A DNA stretch of 49,055 bases from Armatimonadota bacterium (GTDB lineage Bacteria > Armatimonadota > UBA5829 > DTJY01), in assembly GCA_033808695.1 (NCBI GenBank), contig JAPXND010000002.1:1-49055 (forward strand), given 5' to 3'. The notes below the pieces were generated by a model. It made no database searches and had not been told where the DNA came from. It saw only the letters and a program-made list of their open reading frames with translations. Position 1 is the first letter of the stretch. The number at the start of each line of letters is the position of its first letter. Positions 17,495-27,518 of the stretch are shown one piece after another. The position numbers were made by a program, and so were the translations under genes.

Positions 17495-18436
17495 TTATAA
17501 TATTTCTGAATATCTTGAGAATTTTTGTTTGCGCACCTGTTCAACATCACGTTTAATTTGATCTGCAAGCTCATTAAGGCTGGCAAATATCAATTCATTT
17601 CTAAGTTTGTGGAAAAATGCAATATCAAGTCTTTGCCCATATATATCATCTGAAAAATCAAGCAGATATACTTCTATAGTAGTTGATTCACCATTAACAG
17701 TCGGCCTATTACCAATACTGCATACACCTGGGATATATTGGCTGCCAAGCTTTGTTATTACTGAATATACACCATCTCCAGGAATAACCTGGTGCTCTAT
17801 TGGTTTAATATTAGCGGTTGGATATCCAATTGTTCTGCCTATTTGTTGACCATGAATAACAACACCTTCTATAATGAATTGATGCCCCAGCATAGAAGAA
17901 GCTGTTTCTATGTTACCCTGTCTTATCATGCTGCGGATGTTGGTACTGCTGATAATTATGTCTCCTGATTTTACCGGAGGAATGACAATAACATCGAAAC
18001 CAAATTCTTTTGACTTACTGGCAAGAAATTCGACATTGCCTTCTCTTCCTTTGCCAAAGGCAAAATCTTTTCCCATAACAATTTCAGAAGCAGATAGTTT
18101 ATTTACCAAAATATTTGTTATAAATTCATTTGCAGTTAATGAAATAATGCTTTTATCTAGCGGAAGTATTACAATAATATCAATTAATTGTTCTTCTATG
18201 AGTTTTATTTTTTGCTGGAGTGTAGCTATATGAGGAACTATTTTATTTGGAGATACAAATTCTATTGGGTTTTTCTCAAAAGTAATAACAATTGATCTTA
18301 AGCCTTTTGATTTGGCATCTTCTCGTACAGTGCGCATTATTTCTTGATGACCAATATGCACACCATCAAATACACCAACTGTAACTACCGAATCAATACT
18401 ATGTTCTATTGTATTGATATCACTTACTACAATCAC
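17495..18436 (-). CDS. ribF: Bifunctional riboflavin kinase / FMN adenylyltransferase
   Basis: 313 aa. N-terminal FAD synthetase motif VGVFDGVHIGHQ. C-terminal riboflavin kinase GRTIGYPTANI ... YGQRLDIAFFHKLR. Confidence 0.93.
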   Translation of the reverse strand: MIVVSDINTIEHSIDSVVTVGVFDGVHIGHQEIMRTVREDAKSKGLRSIVITFEKNPIEFVSPNKIVPHIATLQQKIKLIEEQLIDIIVILPLDKSIISLTANEFITNILVNKLSASEIVMGKDFAFGKGREGNVEFLASKSKEFGFDVIVIPPVKSGDIIISSTNIRSMIRQGNIETASSMLGHQFIIEGVVIHGQQIGRTIGYPTANIKPIEHQVIPGDGVYSVITKLGSQYIPGVCSIGNRPTVNGESTTIEVYLLDFSDDIYGQRLDIAFFHKLRNELIFASLNELADQIKRDVEQVRKQKFSRYSEIL

Positions 18437-18446
18437 AATAATATCC

Positions 18447-19379
18447 TCAATGCGGCGAGTTTATAAAGACTTTTTCCGGTTTTAGAATAGTTCGACCGTC
18501 ATCACCCAGAGTAAACCTACCAATTGCTACAATAGATTTATCATTATTGCAAATGCGCAAAGGAATATTCATATTGTGCGATTGATTTTCTAATTCCGCA
18601 ACATTGTTAATATTTAGTTTAACACCATTAGATATTTTAATTGCATTAATATCATCAAGAACGATTTCCGGCATAAAATGCAGAGCTTCATTCATTGGTA
18701 TTAATAAATCATCTATACAATTTTTTGCCATGAATGTACTTATATCATCAATTGTAATGGCGTTGGAAATATCAAATTCACCTGCCGATGTGCGTGTCAG
18801 CTGCTGCATATGCGCCCCGCATCCAAGCGATTTGCCTATATCTGCACATAATGTGCGTATATATGTACCTTTAGAGCAACATACTTCAATGCTGGCACTT
18901 GCATTTGCACCAGGTGCAAAATCAATCAATTTCAATGAATGGATTGTAACTTCCCTTGGCTGACGCTCTACAACAATACCTTCTCTTGCAAGCTCATATA
19001 GTCTTTTGCCCTGATGGTGCAGCGCCGAAACCATAGGCGGTATTTGCATTATTTTGCCAACAAACAGTGAAACTGCAGATTCAACCTGTTCTTTGCTAAG
19101 GCAGGTGCAATCAGATTTTTTCACAACTTTTCCGCTGGCGTCTTCAGTATCAGTTTCTATTCCAAATTTAATAACTGCGGTATATGACTTTGGTTGGTCA
19201 GATAAATACTCTATTATCCTTGTTGCTTTTCCAACACAAAGAACCAATACGCCTGCTGCATCAGGATCAAGCGTGCCAGTATGCCCTATTTTCTTTTCAC
19301 CTGTTATCTTCCTAACTTTGAAAACAACATCATGAGATGTACAGCCTTTGGGCTTATTTAGGTTAAGGACTCCATCCAT
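18447..19379 (-). CDS. truB: tRNA pseudouridine(55) synthase
   Basis: 310 aa. GVLNLNKPKGCTSHDVV and catalytic-Asp motif GHTGTLDPDAAGVLVL. PUA-like C-terminus. Confidence 0.95.
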   Translation of the reverse strand: MDGVLNLNKPKGCTSHDVVFKVRKITGEKKIGHTGTLDPDAAGVLVLCVGKATRIIEYLSDQPKSYTAVIKFGIETDTEDASGKVVKKSDCTCLSKEQVESAVSLFVGKIMQIPPMVSALHHQGKRLYELAREGIVVERQPREVTIHSLKLIDFAPGANASASIEVCCSKGTYIRTLCADIGKSLGCGAHMQQLTRTSAGEFDISNAITIDDISTFMAKNCIDDLLIPMNEALHFMPEIVLDDINAIKISNGVKLNINNVAELENQSHNMNIPLRICNNDKSIVAIGRFTLGDDGRTILKPEKVFINSPH

Positions 19380-20335
19380 TCTGTTACCTTATCTAAAACC
19401 ATTGGCATTGCTTCATTCAGTGGTTTTTCAACTGTAGCGCCAGAGGCAGCCTTATGTCCCCCGCCACCAAATAACTTTGCTGCTTTGCTTACATCGTAGC
19501 CATCTCTAGCACGAAAACTAATCTTAGTAGTTTCCGCTGCAGTTTCATTAAAGAATAATCCTATATCAACACCCTTTATTGACCGTGTATAGTTTACAAT
19601 TCCATCAGTATCACTATCCTGAGCGCCTGTATCAACCATATCTTGCTTTGTTATAAATGAATAAGCAATTCTGCCATTACTAATTGTTTTTATATTATTT
19701 AAAGCAATGCCAATAAGCTTTAAACTTGGAAGTGTTCGCGTATCATATACTTTCTGGCTTATCATACCGGTCGATGCCCCAGCTTCTAACAAATCGGCAG
19801 CTATCCTTAAAGTTTCAGGCTTTACATTAGTAAATCTAAATGAGCCGGTGTCTGTAATAATTGCTGTCATAAGACTTTCAGCTATATCCGTAGTTATATC
19901 TATATTCATTTCAACAAGCAGTTTATAGATTATTTCACCGGTTGCTGCTGCATTGGTATCAATTATATTGGCGCCGTCCCCCCTTGTTGTGCCCAGATGA
20001 TGGTCAATCTCAATTATTTCATTGCAGTATTGAAGATGCTCATATGATGACCCAACACGCTCCAGATTATCGCAATCTACTACTATGCATAAATCAAATT
20101 TAGTTCCGAGTTTTAGATAGTGTACAATATTTTCTATACCGGGCATAAAGCTGTATAATGATGGCAGCTTATCTGCACTAAGTAAAGTTACCTGTTTATT
20201 AAGCTGATTAAGAGCGCTTCCCAACGCAATCATACACCCAATTGAATCGCCATCCGGATTGACATGTGCTAAAACCAATATTTTTTTACTGCTATTGATA
20301 ACTTCTATAGTTCTTCTGTATTTATTCTTTTTCAT
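19358..20335 (-). CDS. nrnA: DHH/DHHA1 family phosphoesterase (NrnA-type oligoribonuclease / pAp phosphatase)
   Basis: 325 aa. HVNPDGDSIG, VVDCD, EIDHH, and DHHA1 motif GGGHKAASGA. Overlaps truB by 22 nt and rbfA by 14 nt. Confidence 0.85.
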   Translation of the reverse strand: MKKNKYRRTIEVINSSKKILVLAHVNPDGDSIGCMIALGSALNQLNKQVTLLSADKLPSLYSFMPGIENIVHYLKLGTKFDLCIVVDCDNLERVGSSYEHLQYCNEIIEIDHHLGTTRGDGANIIDTNAAATGEIIYKLLVEMNIDITTDIAESLMTAIITDTGSFRFTNVKPETLRIAADLLEAGASTGMISQKVYDTRTLPSLKLIGIALNNIKTISNGRIAYSFITKQDMVDTGAQDSDTDGIVNYTRSIKGVDIGLFFNETAAETTKISFRARDGYDVSKAAKLFGGGGHKAASGATVEKPLNEAMPMVLDKVTEWMESLT

Positions 20336-20672
20336 CAGATTTCACTTGTTGAAGGAGTTCAAATATGCGCATTCCTGCCTGCACACCTGTATCCATCTTA
20401 AAAAGTATCTCTGGAATAACTTTCATAGATACTCTGCGGCCAAATTCTTTGCGAACAAACCCTGACGCCCTTTGTAATATTTCAAGAGTTTCTTTTTGAA
20501 CTTTTTCCTCACCCATTACACTAATATACACCTTAGCATGTCTAAGATCTTTTGTAACTTCGGCTTCTGTAATAGTAATAAAACCCAATCTGGGATCTTT
20601 TAGTTCTCTATGTATAATATCGCTGATTTCTACTTTCAGCATTCCATTTATTCGTTCCTGTCTGGTTGTCAT
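20322..20672 (-). CDS. rbfA: Ribosome-binding factor A
   Basis: 116 aa. RINGMLKVEISDIIHRELKDPRLGFITITEAEVTKDLRHAKVYISV. Confidence 0.93.
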   Translation of the reverse strand: MTTRQERINGMLKVEISDIIHRELKDPRLGFITITEAEVTKDLRHAKVYISVMGEEKVQKETLEILQRASGFVRKEFGRRVSMKVIPEILFKMDTGVQAGMRIFELLQQVKSDEKE

Positions 20673-20681
20673 TTTTTCTCC

Positions 20682-20963
20682 TCATAGAATTTCCATCTGA
20701 CAATCTATTACTTCAACTCGCGGGTCAGATTCAATAAGCTGCAAAACTTTTGAGAGAGTTGCGTCTACTATGGTTTTATCATTGCTCACACAGGAAACAC
20801 CAAATACCGATCTTCTAAGTTTATCTAATTCGCTGACTTCTGACGCAGATACATTGAATTTATGACGTATTGTATCTAACAAACTTTTTACTACATGTCG
20901 TTTATCTTTTAGAGATTTACTTTCTTTTATAAGTAAATCTATTGTAATAACACCAATTACCAT
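20682..20963 (-). CDS. DUF503 family protein (YlxP-like)
   Basis: 93 aa. It sits between infB and rbfA, as ylxP does in Bacillus. Pattern IDLLIKESKSLKDKRHVVKSL...KFNVSASEV. Confidence 0.8.
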   Translation of the reverse strand: MVIGVITIDLLIKESKSLKDKRHVVKSLLDTIRHKFNVSASEVSELDKLRRSVFGVSCVSNDKTIVDATLSKVLQLIESDPRVEVIDCQMEIL

Positions 20964-21020
20964 AATATATATTTAAACCTTGCTGATAGATGCCAAGGTA
21001 TGATAATTTTGAATAGAAGA

Positions 21021-23108
21021 TTATATCTTCCTTGCTATCTCCTTAACAGAAAACACTTCAATAGTATCGCCTTCTTGAAAATCAGTAAATCCATCAACAA
21101 TAATACCGCATTCGAAACCGGCAGCCATTTCTCTTACATCATCCTTAATATGTTTAAGGGATGAAATTTTTCCAGTATATATTACTTCACCTTCTCTTAT
21201 TATTCTTGCGTTTGAATCTCTTAGCACTCTGCCATCTTTAACGTAGCTTCCTGCAATGGCATCTCCTTTAGGTAATCTGAATATTTTTCTTACTTCAATA
21301 TGCCCAAGAACTGTTTCCTCGATTACAGGTTCTAACAGACCTTCCATACCAGCTTTCACTTCATCTATAAGGTCATAGATAATGTTATATGTTCGTATAT
21401 CTATTTTGTCATTCTCTGCAGCGCGCTTTGCTTGTGGTTCAACTCTTACATTAAATCCAATTATAACAGCATTAGATGCAGATGCAAGCAGAACATCGTT
21501 CTCACCAATTGCACCAATTCCGGTATGAATTAGATTTACTCTTACTTCATCTGTAGACAGCTGCTCAAGAGAATCTCTAACTGCTTCTTCCGAACCTTGT
21601 ACATCGGCTTTTAATATAAGGTTTAATTCTTTTACAGTGCCTTCTTCAAGCTGCTTATAAAGATCTGCAAGGGTTACCCGCTGAGTAGAGGATAATCGAA
21701 CATCTCTTTCTGTTTGAATAAGAGATTCGGCAATTTGCCTTGCTTCACGTTCATTTTTTACAACTTCCAGTTTATCACCTGCTTGCGGAACGGCAGATAA
21801 TCCTATTATCTCTACAGGAGTTGCAGGACCGGCAGATTTTATTTTTACACCCTTATCATCACTCATAGCTTTAATTCTGCCATATGCCTGACCCACAACA
21901 ACTGAATCACCATGTTTTAGGGTGCCTTCTTGAACAAGAATAGTGGCAGTTGGTCCTTTGCCTCTATCAAGCTCTGCCTCTATCACAGTTGCAGAGACGG
22001 GTGCAGCAGAATCTGCCTTAAGCTCCAATAACTCAGATACAAGCAATACCATTTCAAGAAGCTCATCCAGATTGATTTTATTCTTTGCTGATACCATTAC
22101 AGAAACAATATCTCCGCCCCATTCTTCAACAACCAAGCCATGTTCTGCTAACTGCTGTTTTACTCTGTCTGGATTGGCACTTTCTTTATCAATCTTGTTT
22201 ATTGCGATAATGATTTGAACACCGGCTGCCTTTGCATGATTAAGAGCCTCAATGGTTTGGGGCATAACACCGTCATCAGCTGCTACTACAAGAATAACTA
22301 TATCAGTTACTTGTGCACCTCTTGCCCGCATTGCAGTAAATGCAGCATGACCAGGAGTATCTAAAAAAGTAATTTTATTTCCTTTCACATTAACCTGATA
22401 AGCGCCAATATGCTGAGTAATTCCACCAAACTCCTGCTCAGTTACATTCGTTTTTCTGATTGTATCAAGAAGAGTAGTTTTACCATGGTCTACATGCCCA
22501 AGAATGGTAACAATTGGGGGTCGGGGAACAAGAACAGGTTCTCTTTTTGGCTTAGCTTTTTGTTTAGGCGGCTGAGGTGTTTTAGTTTTTGCTTTTGAAG
22601 GCGTTTTTGGCTTGGTCTCATCCAACTTTTTCTGTTCAGAGGGTTTTTCAACAATCTCTGGAACCGACTCTGCTTTTTTAGGAGGCTCAGGCAGCTTGGC
22701 AATGCATCCAAATGATTCTACAACTTTAACCGCTAATTCTGTTGAAATTGCTTGATTAATAGAAACAAGCGTACCAAGTTTAAGAAGTGCTTTTTGTATA
22801 TCGGCACTTGAAACATTGAGTTTTTCAGCTAATTTTTTAGATGTTAAATCACCATCAAGCAAAATTTCTTTTGCTTCAACAGTGATGCCCTGAAGATCTT
22901 TTTCAACAGCTTGTTTTGCCGATTCTTTTTTTTGAGAGGGTGCACTAACTTTCTTGCCAATAATCCCTCTTATATAATCTGCTGTTTCCTTGCTCACGGA
23001 ACTGGAATGGCTTTTAACTACAACTCCTTGTTTTGCCATCAGCTCTATAAGGTCATGGTTGCTCATTTCTAATTCTTTGGCTAATTCATATACACGTATG
23101 TTTGCCAA
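21021..23108 (-). CDS. infB: Translation initiation factor IF-2
   Basis: 695 aa. G-domain [21 protein letters not shown]. Lys/Pro-rich linker. TTG start preceded by GGAAGAGGTGAT. Confidence 0.97.
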   Translation of the reverse strand: MANIRVYELAKELEMSNHDLIELMAKQGVVVKSHSSSVSKETADYIRGIIGKKVSAPSQKKESAKQAVEKDLQGITVEAKEILLDGDLTSKKLAEKLNVSSADIQKALLKLGTLVSINQAISTELAVKVVESFGCIAKLPEPPKKAESVPEIVEKPSEQKKLDETKPKTPSKAKTKTPQPPKQKAKPKREPVLVPRPPIVTILGHVDHGKTTLLDTIRKTNVTEQEFGGITQHIGAYQVNVKGNKITFLDTPGHAAFTAMRARGAQVTDIVILVVAADDGVMPQTIEALNHAKAAGVQIIIAINKIDKESANPDRVKQQLAEHGLVVEEWGGDIVSVMVSAKNKINLDELLEMVLLVSELLELKADSAAPVSATVIEAELDRGKGPTATILVQEGTLKHGDSVVVGQAYGRIKAMSDDKGVKIKSAGPATPVEIIGLSAVPQAGDKLEVVKNEREARQIAESLIQTERDVRLSSTQRVTLADLYKQLEEGTVKELNLILKADVQGSEEAVRDSLEQLSTDEVRVNLIHTGIGAIGENDVLLASASNAVIIGFNVRVEPQAKRAAENDKIDIRTYNIIYDLIDEVKAGMEGLLEPVIEETVLGHIEVRKIFRLPKGDAIAGSYVKDGRVLRDSNARIIREGEVIYTGKISSLKHIKDDVREMAAGFECGIIVDGFTDFQEGDTIEVFSVKEIARKI

Positions 23109-23249
23109 TGTACATCACCTCTTCCTGGAACACAGGTCGGACCTAATTATTCAGAAACAGGCAGCATCTTCGCAGTTAATAGTTAAACATCTAATAATTA
23201 GATGTATTCCATGCAAATAAACACCATAACCTTTGTTGTCCGTTGTGTT

Positions 23250-23528
23250 CTACATATCTTCCGACCCTTGTATAAATGTATTTTCAAGCTGCCGGACTGC
23301 TTCTTCAGACAAATCAATTTTGAGTGCCTGCAGAAGTTTTCTTTCTTTAATTGCTTTCCGCATACAATCTGCAGATTGACATATATATGCTCCTCTTCCA
23401 GCCATTTTTCCGGTTGGGTCTAATACTACATCGCCAGATGGAGATCTGACAATGCGAATTAGATTACGCTTATCACTACTTATTCTGCAAGCCACGCAGG
23501 TTCTTAAAGGCATTTTTCGTATTTTCAT
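23250..23528 (-). CDS. ylxR: YlxR/RnpM family (DUF448) RNA-binding protein
   Basis: 92 aa. PLRTCVACR...KRNLIRIV...VLDPTGKMAGRGAYIC. Located between nusA and infB. Confidence 0.85.
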   Translation of the reverse strand: MKIRKMPLRTCVACRISSDKRNLIRIVRSPSGDVVLDPTGKMAGRGAYICQSADCMRKAIKERKLLQALKIDLSEEAVRQLENTFIQGSEDM

Positions 23529-23567
23529 GGCATTGAACAGACTTTCATTAATCTTCTGTGATATTTA

Positions 23568-24680
23568 TTATACATCAGATTCTTCCTGTTCGTCTTCAGA
23601 ATCAAGATCAATACCTAATTCGTCTGGTGTTGCTGAGAGCGCTGCTCTTGCAACTTGTGCTTCACTTCTTATATCAATACGCCAACCTGTTAATCTGGCT
23701 GCAAGTCTTACATTCTGTCCTGATTTTCCGATTGCTAATGAAAGCTGATTATCCGGTACTATTACAAAAGCGCTCTTATCTTCTTCGTTTATTTTAACAG
23801 AGACTACCTTTGCAGGACTTAATGATTCTGCAATATATTTTTCTGCATCATCACTCCATCTTACAATATCTATTTTTTCGTCAAATAGTTCATCCACTAC
23901 TGCCTGCACTCTGCTTCCACGATGTCCAACACATGATCCAACCGGATCTACCTTTTCATCTACAGACTGCACCGCAATTTTCGATCTGGCTCCTGCTTCT
24001 CGTGCTACTGATTTGATTATTACAACTCCATCATGAATCTCGGGTACTTCAAGCTCAAACAGCCTTCTTATAAGGTTAGGATGCGTTCTTGTTGCTATAA
24101 CTTGAGGACCTTTTGGTGCACGCTTAACTTCCAATATATATACTTTTATTCTATCGTTAAATTTATATATTTCAGATGCTACTTGTTCACTTTGCGGCAG
24201 TAATGCTTCAATCTTGCCAATGTTTACATAGATGTGTTTTTGTTCCCATCGTTGAATTGTCCCGGTCATAACTTCGCCAACTTTTTCACTATATTCATCA
24301 AACACATTGTCTCTTTCAGCTTCACGAATACGCTGCATAACTACTTGTTTTGCTGTTTGCGCAGCAATTCTGCCAAAGTCTGCCGGTGTTACTTCTACTT
24401 CAATAGTTTCACCTAATGCAATGTTTGGGTCGACTTTATGTGCATCTGCTAAAGATATTTCAGTATGCTCATTAACCGGTTCATCAACTATTGTTTTTTG
24501 ACAGAAAACCTTAAAACCTGTTTTGCTGGATTCCACACGCACATATACATCACCGGAGGCTGCAAAGTTCTTCTTATACGCTGTAACCAGCGCGGACTCT
24601 ACTGTTTCCAGCAATTGCTCCAGCGGTATCTCTTTTTCTTTTTCGATTGCTTTTAATGCATCTATGAAATCGCCATTCAT
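23568..24680 (-). CDS. nusA: Transcription termination/antitermination factor NusA
   Basis: 370 aa. N-terminal domain, S1 domain (GEVMTGTIQRWEQKHIYVNIG), two KH domains (ARSKIAV...DPVGSCVGHRGSRVQ; AIGKSGQNVRLAARLTGWRIDI). SD GGAGAAGGTG. Confidence 0.96.
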   Translation of the reverse strand: MNGDFIDALKAIEKEKEIPLEQLLETVESALVTAYKKNFAASGDVYVRVESSKTGFKVFCQKTIVDEPVNEHTEISLADAHKVDPNIALGETIEVEVTPADFGRIAAQTAKQVVMQRIREAERDNVFDEYSEKVGEVMTGTIQRWEQKHIYVNIGKIEALLPQSEQVASEIYKFNDRIKVYILEVKRAPKGPQVIATRTHPNLIRRLFELEVPEIHDGVVIIKSVAREAGARSKIAVQSVDEKVDPVGSCVGHRGSRVQAVVDELFDEKIDIVRWSDDAEKYIAESLSPAKVVSVKINEEDKSAFVIVPDNQLSLAIGKSGQNVRLAARLTGWRIDIRSEAQVARAALSATPDELGIDLDSEDEQEESDV

Positions 24681-24714
24681 GACACACCTTCTCCATAACT
24701 AATGCCTTATTAAC

Positions 24715-24745
24715 GCAAAAGAGTGGGTAGAAACCCCACTCTTGC
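24715..24745 (-). terminator. Intrinsic terminator-like hairpin between mgtC and nusA (terminator and/or nusA leader attenuator)
   Basis: Minus strand: AAGAGTGGG-gtttcta-CCCACTCTT, running into TTTTGCGTT. 9-bp stem at 24719-24743, about 40 nt upstream of the nusA ATG. Confidence 0.55.
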
Positions 24746-24775
24746 ATACAGCACCAGGTTAATCACTTTATGTTA

Positions 24776-24804
24776 AGTATAACATGAAATAATCATTTAG
24801 GCAA
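24776..24804 (-). promoter_or_regulatory. Candidate sigma-70/sigA-type promoter of the nusA operon
   Basis: Minus strand: TTGCCT (24799-24804), 17 nt spacer, TGt-TATACT (extended -10, hexamer 24776-24781). It lies upstream of the 24719-24743 hairpin. Confidence 0.4.
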
Positions 24805-24830
24805 GTAATATTTTATTTATAATCTAATAA

Positions 24831-25496
24831 CTATTCCCACTCAAATTTTATTATATCAGTTGATGATGTAATTGTTTCAATTATATCAGATTCCTTCAAA
24901 TGGCTAGGAATGAAAATTCTTATATGCCATTGTTTTATAGATCCACCATCTATTGGTGTGCTTTTCATATAATCTAGTTTTACACCCAATGATTGAATTT
25001 GATCTAATAAATCAATTATTACATATGATTTTTTATTCAGCACATTAATGTATACATCTTGTGTATAATGATTGCCAAGCTGTAATTCGATGTGTTTTAT
25101 GGATGCCAATGTTGCAAATACTAATACTGTGGCAATAACTGCCAGCCAAGCGTAAATTGTTAACCCTATTCCAACACCTATTGCCATTCCTATACCGGCA
25201 ACCACCCATAAACTGGCTGCTGTAGTTAATCCGCGAACTATACTGCCCTGATGCAATATAGTGCCAGCGCCAAGAAATCCTATACCTGTTACTATCTGTG
25301 CTGCTATCCTAGCTGGATCACTTTGGTCGCTAAATGATTGTGATATAATCATAATCAATGTTGCGCCAAGACAAACAAGCATATGTGTTCTGATTCCTGC
25401 CGGATGCTCATTTCTTTCTCGCTCATATCCTATAACACCCCCAAGTATTATAGCGAGTATAAGTTTGATTGTCATTATTAGCAAATTTGCTGTCAA
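24831..25496 (-). CDS. MgtC/SapB family membrane protein
   Basis: 221 aa. GGVIGYERERNEHPAGIRTHMLVCLGA and GIGFLGAGTIL motifs, 4-5 TM helices, soluble ACT-like C-terminal domain. Confidence 0.85.
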   Translation of the reverse strand: MTANLLIMTIKLILAIILGGVIGYERERNEHPAGIRTHMLVCLGATLIMIISQSFSDQSDPARIAAQIVTGIGFLGAGTILHQGSIVRGLTTAASLWVVAGIGMAIGVGIGLTIYAWLAVIATVLVFATLASIKHIELQLGNHYTQDVYINVLNKKSYVIIDLLDQIQSLGVKLDYMKSTPIDGGSIKQWHIRIFIPSHLKESDIIETITSSTDIIKFEWE

Positions 25497-25509
25497 TTAT
25501 CTAATCCTG

Positions 25510-25809
25510 CTAATCATTATTTTTTTTGGATAAAAGATGCAAAATTGGTTCGCCGGAGTATAGTGATACTCCTCTTGCTGCAACTAATGATCCTGCAATT
25601 GTCATTACAATGAGAAGTATTATTTTTATTATTTGGTAGATAAAAACTTTTCCTAATCCATCTGCTGTAACTTTAGCTGCAGAACTTTGATCTGTAAGAC
25701 CAGGTATTGGTGATACAAACATTGTATATGCTGTAAAAAAAACAAAAAGAAGAATTCCAATTCCTACAAGAAAAATTAGTATGCCTAAAATGCGACCTGT
25801 TAAACTCAT
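25510..25809 (-). CDS. Small membrane protein (hypothetical)
   Basis: 99 aa with two clear hydrophobic helices (ILGILIFLVGIGILLFVFFTAY; IIKIILLIVMTIAGSLVAA). 13 nt upstream of mgtC. Confidence 0.5.
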   Translation of the reverse strand: MSLTGRILGILIFLVGIGILLFVFFTAYTMFVSPIPGLTDQSSAAKVTADGLGKVFIYQIIKIILLIVMTIAGSLVAARGVSLYSGEPILHLLSKKNND

Positions 25810-25878
25810 TATATATTCCTATTAGTATTTTATATCATTATACCGTTTTTACAAATTAGATGAAACTATGTTCTATAA

Positions 25879-27420
25879 TTATCCCCACAATTTCCTATCA
25901 AGACTTCTATATTGAATTGCTTCTGCCACATGATTTATTAATATATCATCAGCGCCTTCTAAATCGGCTATGGTACGGGCAAGCTTTAATATTCTATCAT
26001 ATGCTCTGGCAGAAAGATTTAATTGATTAACGGCTGTTTTGAGCAGTTCTTTTACATCGTCTTTTGGATTGCAATATTTCCTAATTTGCTTTGCACCCAT
26101 ATGTGCATTGCAATATGTATAGCTTGCATCTTCTTTAAATCTCTCCTGCTGAATCCTTCGTGCTCTTTCTACACGCAAACGTATATCCGCAGAAGATTCA
26201 CCGCTTGGTTGGTTAAGCAGTTCCTGATCTTTAAGACGTGGAACTTCTATATGAATATCTATTCTATCCAACAATGGACCGGAAATTCTTTGCAGGTATT
26301 TATTCACCAAACCTGGGTTGCATGTGCATGCTCTGGTTGGATCACCAAAAAATCCACATGGACATGGATTCATTGAACCCACCAACATGAACTTTGCCGG
26401 ATATGTTAATGTTCCCGCAACACGGCTAATTGTAACATGTCCATCTTCAAGAGGCTGACGAAGTATTTCCAGCACATCTCGTCTAAATTCTGGAAGCTCA
26501 TCTAGAAACAATACTCCGTGATGAGCCAGACTAACTTCTCCCGGCTGAGGAAATGAACCTCCCCCGCTTAATCCGGCTGTTGATATTGTATGATGAGGAG
26601 ATCTAAACGGTCTGTTAGTGATTAACGCTTTTGATGAATCCATTTTGCCGCTTATACTGAACAATTTTGTGGTCTCAAGCGCTTCCTCTATGCTCATAGT
26701 TGGAAGAACTGTTGGAATTCTACGTGCAAGCATTGTCTTACCGCTGCCCGGAGGGCCTATCATAAGAATATTATGTCCGCCTGCTGCAGCAACTTCCAAT
26801 GCGCGCTTAACATGCTCCTGACCCTTCACATCAGCGAAGTCAACATCAAAAACTGGACGGCTTAGCATAAAATCATCCGGATTGATAAATGCGGGAGTCA
26901 TAGAATCTCTATCTGCGAGGAGGTCAATCACCTGACGCAGTGATTCTACCGGATAGACATCAATTCCCTCAACAACAGCTGCTTCTCTCATATTGGCAAT
27001 AGGAACAACAATAGCCTTTTTACCAACACGCTTTGCTTCAAGCGCCATTGGAAGTATTCCATTTACTGATCTTACAATTCCATCTAATGAGAGTTCGCCT
27101 ACAATAACAATTTCATCTAACCAGCCAGATTCAATATCACCATTTGCAGCCATTATTCCGATTGCAATCGGCAGATCATATATTGGACCGATTTTTTTAA
27201 CATCAGCAGGCGCAAGGTTTATTGTTACTCTTTTTTCATATGGAAATCGGTATCCCAGATTACGGATGGAAGCACGAACGCGTTCTTTTGATTCCTGTAC
27301 CGCTGCATCGCCAAGTCCTACCAGTGTGTATGATCCAATACCTGCTGAAACATCTACCTCAACTTCTACGATATATGCATCTACACCTAATATAGCGCTT
27401 GAATCGACCCGCGTTAACAT
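25879..27420 (-). CDS. comM: YifB/ComM family Mg-chelatase-like AAA+ ATPase
   Basis: Walker A GPPGSGKTM, Walker B VLFLDELPEF, Lon-protease-like N-domain, C-terminal YDRILKLARTIADLEG. The longest ORF starts at 27441. The ATG at 27420 (MLTRVDSSAILG...) is preceded by GGAGGA at 27426-27431 and matches the family N-terminus. Confidence 0.92.
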   Translation of the reverse strand: MLTRVDSSAILGVDAYIVEVEVDVSAGIGSYTLVGLGDAAVQESKERVRASIRNLGYRFPYEKRVTINLAPADVKKIGPIYDLPIAIGIMAANGDIESGWLDEIVIVGELSLDGIVRSVNGILPMALEAKRVGKKAIVVPIANMREAAVVEGIDVYPVESLRQVIDLLADRDSMTPAFINPDDFMLSRPVFDVDFADVKGQEHVKRALEVAAAGGHNILMIGPPGSGKTMLARRIPTVLPTMSIEEALETTKLFSISGKMDSSKALITNRPFRSPHHTISTAGLSGGGSFPQPGEVSLAHHGVLFLDELPEFRRDVLEILRQPLEDGHVTISRVAGTLTYPAKFMLVGSMNPCPCGFFGDPTRACTCNPGLVNKYLQRISGPLLDRIDIHIEVPRLKDQELLNQPSGESSADIRLRVERARRIQQERFKEDASYTYCNAHMGAKQIRKYCNPKDDVKELLKTAVNQLNLSARAYDRILKLARTIADLEGADDILINHVAEAIQYRSLDRKLWG

Positions 27421-27454
27421 TCCAATCCTCCGCAATAACAAATCTATGTTTGAT

Positions 27455-27483
27455 ATTATAATATATTATGCTGATGATATCAA
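27455..27483 (-). promoter_or_regulatory. Candidate promoter of comM
   Basis: Minus strand: TTGATA (27478-27483), exactly 17 nt, TATAAT (27455-27460). It lies immediately downstream of the 27482-27512 terminator. Confidence 0.5.
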
Positions 27484-27512
27484 AAAAAGACCTCTTTAAG
27501 AGGCCTTTTTTT
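27482..27512 (-). terminator. Rho-independent terminator (bidirectional-looking) after the Big_2 lipoprotein gene
   Basis: Minus strand: AAAAAAA-GGCCTC-ttaaa-GAGGTC-TTTTTTT. It starts 7 nt after the stop codon at 27519. Confidence 0.55.
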
Positions 27513-27518
27513 AAATAA

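Noticed and set aside
26993-27499. 168-aa plus-strand ORF antisense to comM. Similar long antisense ORFs occur at 41674-42207, 31600-32049, 14787-15200, 47385-47768 and 18604-18963.
   Set aside because: Each lies entirely opposite a gene with strong family motifs. They have Ser/Pro/Ile-rich shadow-frame composition and no SD, and they would break the otherwise uniform strand organisation. They are treated as non-coding shadow ORFs.
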